Source: Octopus vulgaris
Taxonomy: Eukaryota
Direction of reading: 5' to 3'
Length of the DNA stretch: 64,000 nucleotides
NCBI GenBank assembly: GCA_951406725.2
Contig: OX597839.1
Span: 30,690,001-30,754,000 of the forward strand
Shown here: one piece after another, positions 56,441-64,000 of the stretch
How positions within the stretch are numbered: position 1 is the first letter of the stretch
Layout of the letters: each line of letters starts with the position of its first letter
Translations under genes and position numbers: made by a program
Notes under the pieces: model-generated
Databases searched by the model: none
Seen by the model: only the letters and a program-made list of their open reading frames with translations
Told to the model about the DNA's origin: nothing

Positions 56441-56487
56441 TATATGTGTATGCGTTTGTGTGTGTGTGTGGTATGTATGCACACATA

Positions 56488-56670
56488 TACAGTAATCCCT
56501 CACCATATCACGGTTCACTTATCGCGGTTTATTATTTAATCTTACGTCGATTCCTCCGTCGTGTTGTTTTGCATTTATAATAAAACAAATATATACAAAT
56601 TACAAAAATGGTATAAAAATATATTACAGTACAGTACTGTTTCTACTTCGCGGATTTTCACCTATCGCGA
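56488..56670. mobile_element. Tigger/pogo-like MITE fragment
   Basis: TA-CAGTAATCCCTC start; TTTCTACTTCGCGGATTTTCACCTATCGCG shared in reverse complement with 63895-63930. Confidence 0.6.
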
Positions 56671-56696
56671 TAGTTGAGAGATCACCCTATTACGTG

Positions 56697-56740
<44 letters not shown>

Positions 56741-56747
<7 letters not shown>

Positions 56748-57032
56748 GAGGAATGACCACTAAAGTGGACACCTAATATGCTAAACATAGATGTCAAATC
56801 TGCCATTACCACGAAGAATGTGTTCTCAACAAAAAAGTCTCAGCAAAACGCCAAAAGGTAAAAATGAGCAGGACAAATGAAAACATACGAAATACTATTT
56901 TCATTTGTCCTGCTCATTTTTACCTTTTGGCGTTTTGCTGAGACTTCTTTGTTGAGAACACATTCTTCGTGGTAATGGCAATTTGACATCTATGTTTAGC
57001 ATATTAGGTGTCCACTTTAGTGGTCATTCCTC

Positions 57033-57039
<7 letters not shown>
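56741..57039. repeat. Near-perfect ~143-bp inverted repeat with a 14-nt loop, flanked by (TA)n on both sides
   Basis: 56741-56883 vs 56898-57039; loop CATACGAAATACTA. Confidence 0.95.
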
Positions 57040-57069
<30 letters not shown>

Positions 57070-58598
57070 ATATATATATATATGTATAATGTGTGTGTGT
57101 GTGTGTGTGCATAAGAAGTTTTTTTTTTTCTCTCCAACAAAGAAATTTTTTCAGTTGCATCGAATGAAAATGAAAGAAATATCCTCCTAGAAAAGTAACC
57201 ATTCTCTCGCCACCCACGAACATCTTCAGGGGCAACACCACCAACAACAGCAATAACCTATGCCGCCGCCACCACCAACCCCATCCTAAAAATAACCATC
57301 ACCTCCTCCAACACCTCTACCATTTCAACAACAGCAACAACAACATGCACGAAGACAAAGATGAAACAATTAAACGGAGATAATTAAGGAGATAAAATTG
57401 CGCAGATCCACACATTACGTATTGGATGGATGCAGCAGACACACTTTCTTACATATATATATACACTCGCACACACACATACATACATTTATTCATTAAT
57501 ACGCACGTACATATATGCATACCACATACATACATTCATTCAATGTATGTGTATATTGTATATGTATATATATATGTATGTATATATGTATATGTGTGTG
57601 TGTATATATATATATATATCGTCGTGCATACACACCTTATATATACGTGTGTGTGTGTGTGTGTGTTTTATAACGAAAATGGAGAGAGGGCGATTGCAGC
57701 CGTATCTGGATGTAACAGAATGAACAGATAAATCCCCACCCACCCACCCTCGACCGCCACCACCGTCAGTCGTATTAAAGTGTGGTATTTATTTTGTTTA
57801 ATCTATTGTAAGTGAACAAATGGCCGTTTGATATGGCGAGATCCTTCCACTGACGGCCGCCGCCGCCCCGCCCACCTAAAGCCTGCCTCCACAAACAGAC
57901 GCTGCTCCGCTCTCGCTTCTCGCCCAGATACTCTCTGCTTCTCTAGCAAAACTAACACAACTCATACATACACATACATGTGTGCGCGTTTGTGTGTTAT
58001 ATATACGTGTGTAGTGTGAGTTTATATATGTGTGTGTGTGTATGTTATGTTATTTAACTTCCTTTTTACTATGCTGGTATGGGTTAGACGGTTAAGTCTG
58101 TGTGTGTGTATATATATATCTATATATATGTGTGTGTGTATCGTTTTTAATGGTGTATCTTGGAGCAGATAAACCTATAAACACACACAAGCATAGATTC
58201 ACACTCATACACATGCAAACACACCCTCATACATATTATATGAACTGTTTGACTCACTTCCGTGTTGCTTACAGTTTCGTGGGCGAAGAACACGTCCTCC
58301 TCATCAGATATCACGGAGTCTTATGTAATGCGGTTTGAGTCAAGCTAAATTAGATAACTCTAATTCTAACAAATACAAATACAAATGCGTGTGTATCACG
58401 TAGGGGTCGTTGAACGCTTCATTAGAGAGTCTCAGACACATTCTGAATATTTGCTGATCCTTACGAACTCCAGACACAGAAAACGTGTTGAGTGCAGTGT
58501 TTAGTGGGCTACGTAAGGGGCCCTGCGAAACTGACCGCTCTTAGAAGGGAATGCACTCTATCCCATAAAGACACCCTCACGAATTTTATATATAAGAA

Positions 58599-58655
<57 letters not shown>

Positions 58656-58681
58656 CACACCATGAGTAAGTTTATCATACA

Positions 58682-59049
58682 CTAGCAGTATCGCCCGGCG
58701 TTGCTCGGGTTTGTTTCGACCCTTTAGAATTGGAATTTTTGAAAAGTAAAAGGTTTGCACTATGTAGCTTGTTAATCTCTTTAAGTGAACATTTTTCTGG
58801 TTGAAGTACACCGAAAAAAATCGTAAAAAAATAGGGATTTTCATAGAAAAAAGCACCTTTTTGATGTAAATAAGTTTTGGTGTTAACATGGTCCGATTTG
58901 AATTTTTTCTTCTACAGAAGGAAGAGCAAGTCTTCTTCTATCATACTCTCAATTTTGGTCAACTTGTGCCGCAGGGTCTCGGAGGAGATAGTGTTAGTTG
59001 AAGGCTACCAAACCTGCCACACACAGACAACTTCAGCTTTATATATAGA
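58682..59049 (-). mobile_element. Non-autonomous Helitron
   Basis: Minus strand starts TCTATATATAAAGCTG and ends with hairpin CCCG-AGCAACGC-CGGG then CTAG followed by T. Confidence 0.85.
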
Positions 59050-59089
59050 GAGAGATATGGATGGATGTGCGTGTGGATAGATGGATGGT

Positions 59090-59533
59090 GGCTGCAATTC
59101 AATTTCGAGCAATGGCATCGCTTGACCGTTCTGTTAAAGCAGCGTGGATGTGGCCTTCCAGCCCTATTTGTAACCTCTTGCACGGATGCGATAACGATGG
59201 GTACCTCACGCAGCAGGCGTTCCGAGAGTGACTACCTTCATTGACACAAATGAAGCCAAGTGATAATACATCAGGATGTTTGTCCTTCTTCAAGAGAGTT
59301 GCCTAAACAAAGAATGGGGTTCTCTCATTGCCAACTGTTGGAGGGCTGTTAACTCTACTCAAGTCATTCGCCCTTTAACAGATTGGGGTTTCCCTTCCGT
59401 AGATTGTCCGACGAAAACCACTTTTCCTTACCGAGTAGGCCTTGTAGCAAGGCCCGCTCAGTGACTCGGCCATGCTGCAGGTCGTACTGGGTTACACGTT
59501 ACCAGTAGCACTTGGGAGTGACCAGACGCAGTG

Positions 59534-59536
<3 letters not shown>
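59090..59536 (-). mobile_element. Possible RTE-type 5' leader fragment
   Basis: GC-balanced non-microsatellite block with a structured extreme 5' end next to (CA)n; no ORF motif seen. Confidence 0.35.
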
Positions 59537-59580
<44 letters not shown>

Positions 59581-60072
59581 ATGTATTATATATTTATATG
59601 AGAATTTGTGAACAAGAGCGTCCGACGTAAGTCAGGTGTTTCCCACGGGAGAGAGTCTCTGCTTCATTGAGTTCATGACAACCAGCAGTGACGAGAGAAT
59701 CATCGCTTTTGCGGTTTCTCACCCATGTATATATTCTTCGCTTATATACCAAGGACACAACTATACACACACTTATAGGCACTCAGGTCAATATAGATAC
59801 CGTGTGTGTGTGTGTGTGTGTACATATTTGGGGAGAGAGAAATAACCAGACACGCACACACACACACTTCAAAAGTAAACAGACACCTCTCTTCGTATGG
59901 TTTCCCTGTGCACATACTGTTTGGTTCTTCAAACTTGTTCATGCATTCATGTATAAGGCCTTTCTACTAAATTCTAAGATTAAGGATTTAAATGCTGCAT
60001 CAAATGACATTTTTTCTCTAAAAAGAAATCTTTCACAAATGATGGTGTCTATTTACTTATAAGGTATGCGCG

Positions 60073-60570
<498 letters not shown>

Positions 60571-60907
60571 TTGTGTGTATGTATGTCTGGATAGATAGAA
60601 ACCCCCCCCCCTACACACACACACACATCTCTATATGCACTGACACGTAATCGTAAGATTTCACTTGTCGAAATAAGAATGTGGCGCCTCTTCAATGCGT
60701 TGAGTGATTGTTGAATAAAGGTTTCACAAAGTAGCTGTTGAACACATTTTATAGAGTGACTCCAGACGTTGGCTGATGAGGAACTGTTGTGGGATTGAAA
60801 CCAGAACCACATGGTGGGATAGCGAAGTTCTTAACCTCTTGGTCATACACTCTAGAAAAGTATCTCGTTTTGAATGAATATGTATATAGATGTATGCGCA
60901 TGAGTAG

Positions 60908-60949
<42 letters not shown>

Positions 60950-60980
60950 TGTGTATGCATATATGTGTGTGTAAGATGTA

Positions 60981-61013
<33 letters not shown>

Positions 61014-61263
61014 TATATGAGAGAGAGAGATGCGCATAAATTTAGCAGAAAGCTACAAAAGTGACGCAAAGGCGGAGAATATAGACATGTCCATCCATCC
61101 ATACATACAGGCATGCATGCATGCATTTGTATATAATATTCATATTACCATTTCTTAAATATTCACTTATATTTCTTCACACACGTATATGTATGCGCAC
61201 ACAGGTACATACACATAACTATATACACACGAACACACATGCATTACTAGATATGAAAAAAAG

Positions 61264-61392
61264 GAAACTTCCCAACCACATGATTCCAGGGTCAGTCCCG
61301 CTGCGTGGCACCTCGGGCAAGTGTCTCCTACTATAGCCTCGGGCCTACCAAAGCCTTGTGAGTCGATTTGGTAGACGGAAACTAAAAGAAGT
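61264..61392 (+). mobile_element. SINE family 1, 5' module
   Basis: CTTCCCAACCACATGATTCCAGGGTCAGTCCCGCTGCGTGGCACC..GGTAGACGGAAACT. Confidence 0.85.
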
Positions 61393-61436
61393 TAAAGAAT
61401 AAAAGAATATATATATATATGTATATATATGTTAGG

Positions 61437-61494
<58 letters not shown>

Positions 61495-61497
<3 letters not shown>

Positions 61498-61819
61498 GAA
61501 ATAATTGAGATTCAGTTGAATTAGGTATTTAAGTTGAAGCACCAAGTCAGTCCGGTATTATCCGCAAGCTCGAAGTAATGTGAATAAAATCAAAATAAGC
61601 AACAAGATATCAAGTATTGATGCAGTACGACCGTTTCAAGCGGCTCCATTTAATTGAACGATGTAATCATTACATCAGTTTAAATGCAGTGCCAACTTCA
61701 GCTGCACAAATAAATGAATAGAATTTTAACCAGTAGGACATATTAATATGATTTTACTCAAATATTTTAACAGAGCAAGAAGAAGGAAGAAATTCATGTT
61801 GTCGCTATTGTAGCTAAGA

Positions 61820-61820
<1 letters not shown>
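61495..61820 (-). mobile_element. PLE-like element, family D, inside (TA)n
   Basis: GAGATTCAGTTGAATTAGGTAYTTAAGTTGAAGCACCAA shared with 7852-7895; AAAATAAGCAACAAG shared with 46020. Confidence 0.65.
61621..61706 (-). ncRNA. Type-I hammerhead fold, paralog of 46254-46339
   Basis: Minus strand TGCAG-CTGAAGT-(long stem II containing GATGTAAT/ATTACATC)-GAAAC-GGTC-GT-A-CTGCA. Confidence 0.6.
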
Positions 61821-61866
<46 letters not shown>

Positions 61867-63129
61867 CATACATAGTAAAAAAATATATATATTATATGCA
61901 AGCGTTTTATGTTGGTACGGACGTACACACATACCTATACAAATATTTATAGAATGAATGGGCACATTAATGTGTTATATATACATACAACTAACTACAA
62001 TGCAGGGCGTGAATTACTGAGCACACGCTCAGATGCACACATTCAATTACGTTAACATCTTTGTATATGAGCAGACAGTACACTCACGCGCACGCGCACA
62101 CATACATATACAAATATACACACGCGCACACACGCACATATACTCACACACACTGAATTTTTTATTGCTGTCGACAGAAGTTCCAAAGTTGCTTAAAAGG
62201 TGAGTCTTGTGTATGTAAGCATATGTATACATATATATAATGTTGCATATAGTGTATACGTATACACACACACAAACACACACATATTTTCGTACGTATA
62301 TTCATATATAAGCTGTAACACATAGATATATAGCTCCGGCGAAGTTGTAGGATATTGCACGAGAACTCAGCTCTGAGTTGCACTGCTTCTTATAACAGAA
62401 ACAGCTGTAAGATAATGAAATTCATTTGATAACTCTTGATTTTTTTTGTCATTCATTAATCTATTACACATGTGGGAAATTCTATCTGTCGGTGTGTTTG
62501 TGGAGTTGTTAGCTAACTCCTCCTACATCGTTTTATCGATTTTGATAAAACTTGACACGTGAGTAGAACTCATGTCTGGAAACCTCATGGCATGCTCAAA
62601 TTGGTGAAAAAGACCTATAATAGGGCCTCTGGCCCTATTATATATTTTATTTTAAAAGCCAAGGGAATTAACCCATTTACCCCTGGAAGGGATCCTTATA
62701 TATAGCTTAGGGAAATAACCCATTCATTTTCCTAAATTATTTGGTATAAATCAAATTGAGTATGCTTATTTCTTAGTATTTGAACTGTTAGAGTTATTTT
62801 CGCAATTTATCCAGTACAGCCTTTAAACAAGTAAATAGTATTTTCCTAAACAAGAGATCCACTTATTTCGGTTAGTGACTTATTCACGAATATACCAACA
62901 CTAACGCCCCTGAGGGTAATATTCTCTGGGAACGCACAGAATCCCTTTTCAGAATGATTTACTTTGAATTGTTATTATCTCATATCTGATTAGCCTGTTA
63001 TTATGTAACATGTTTCACGATTTTAGTATACATACCTTATTAGTATTTCCTCCTAAAATCTATATACTCTGGGAAGCCCTTTGGGATGAAACTTGACACG
63101 TGAGTAGAACTCGTGTTTGGGATGAAGCC

Positions 63130-63585
63130 CTGTGGGATGAAGTTAAAATAATAGACAGAGAAAACCACCGGAAGATCCGAAAACCGAAAGAAGCAGCACA
63201 TGTGCTAGGACACACCAACCTCCTGAGCAGACCGAGTGCAGATATGAACAGCAGATGGGAACCAGTATTAAGGGAGAATAGAAAAATATTTGATTTATAA
63301 GATTTATTAGATTTCACTCCATAATTGCCCACGGACATATGGCGTAGTGGTTAAGAGTGCGGGCTACTAACCCCAAGATTCCGAGTTCGATTCCAAGCAG
63401 TGACCTGAATAATAATAAGAACAACATCGATAAATACCTTAGGAATGAGAACCCAGGTTCGAAATTTCCCCAAGACACCTGATAAAGGTTGGAGGGTATA
63501 TCAGCCGAAACGTTGTGTTAACAATAAGATGAGGACAAATATCTGTCAAATGTAAATAATGTAAATAATTCCTCATCTCTCAAAT
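63130..63585 (+). mobile_element. PLE 3' fragment: GIY-YIG C-terminus, tRNA-like segment, hammerhead-bearing pLTR
   Basis: WDEVKIIDRENHRKIRKPKEAAHVLGHTNLLSRPS..WEPVL; hammerhead-like ACAC-CTGATAA-A-GGTTG..CAGCC-GAAAC-GTT-GTGT at 63475-63518. Confidence 0.7.
63332..63405 (+). other. tRNA-derived sequence with Pol III A and B boxes (not a functional tRNA)
   Basis: TGGCGTAGTGG (A box), GAGTTCGATTCC (B box), anticodon-arm-like GGG-CTACTAA-CCC; acceptor and T stems do not pair well. Confidence 0.7.
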
Positions 63586-63854
63586 ATTACCGGGGACGTC
63601 AGCTAGTTTACTTATAAACACATATAGTCTTATAGAAATGAATATAGATTATTGTATTTATGTCTGACTATAAAATTTACTCATACATGTGTATGTATAC
63701 ACGGATATATATGTGTGTATCTATATGTATTGATGAAATATATGTGTGTGTGTGTGTATATATATATATAGAGAGAGAGAGAGTGAGATACAAAAGTGGC
63801 TATATACATATATATATACACACACATACGTATAAAGGTCTATCTGTTGTCTAT

Positions 63855-64000
63855 CTGTAATCCTTCGACTATCGCGGGTGTTACGTTCCAAAATCCCCCG
63901 CGATAAGTGAAAATCCATGAAGTAGAAACAATACTTTACTGTTTTTTTTATTGTTTTTATATATTTATTTTATTATAAATCTAAAACAACACCGCGGAGG
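63855..64000. mobile_element. Tigger/pogo-like MITE, same family as 56488, running off the window
   Basis: GTAATCCTTCGACTATCGCGGG..CGCGATAAGTGAAAATCC..GAAGTAGAAACA. Confidence 0.6.

Larger units (their letters stand above)
62460..63606 (+). mobile_element. Non-autonomous Helitron-like element containing a nested PLE fragment
   Basis: A^TCTATT start, CCGGGGACGTCAG-CTAG^T end; internal repeat AAACTTGACACGTGAGTAGAACTC at about 62548 and 63089. Confidence 0.55.

Noticed and set aside
63332-63405. Functional tRNA with ACT anticodon
   Set aside because: Acceptor and T stems do not pair and it is embedded in a repeat; treated as tRNA-derived

Overview
This is repeat-dominated, AT-rich eukaryotic DNA with no recognisable intact host gene. 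Nearly all listed ORFs are translations of (TA)n/(TG)n/(TCTA)n microsatellites. The SINE families and microsatellite load match my recollection of octopus/coleoid cephalopod genomes; this is inference, not a database result. The window holds at least three tRNA-headed SINE families, decayed RTE, CR1-group and R4-type non-LTR retrotransposons, a mariner pseudogene, Helitrons, MITEs, and many Penelope-like element (PLE) remnants with GIY-YIG fragments. The most striking pattern is a set of short PLE-derived elements sitting in (TA)n tracts. They carry type-I hammerhead-ribozyme folds, with compensatory stem changes between copies and recurrent core variants, and often a 5' fold-back that is antisense to their own ribozyme. 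One such unit has a tRNA-like Pol III head and is nested in a Helitron. Other unexplained structure: an ungapped 104-bp, 79%-identical inverted repeat in unique DNA (21118-21403), a pre-miRNA-like hairpin (39797-39888), a twin-priming-like RTE inversion, an HDV-like fold, and a mosaic ~2-kb duplication that may be an assembly artefact. All alignments and folds were done by eye, and coordinates of decayed elements are approximate.
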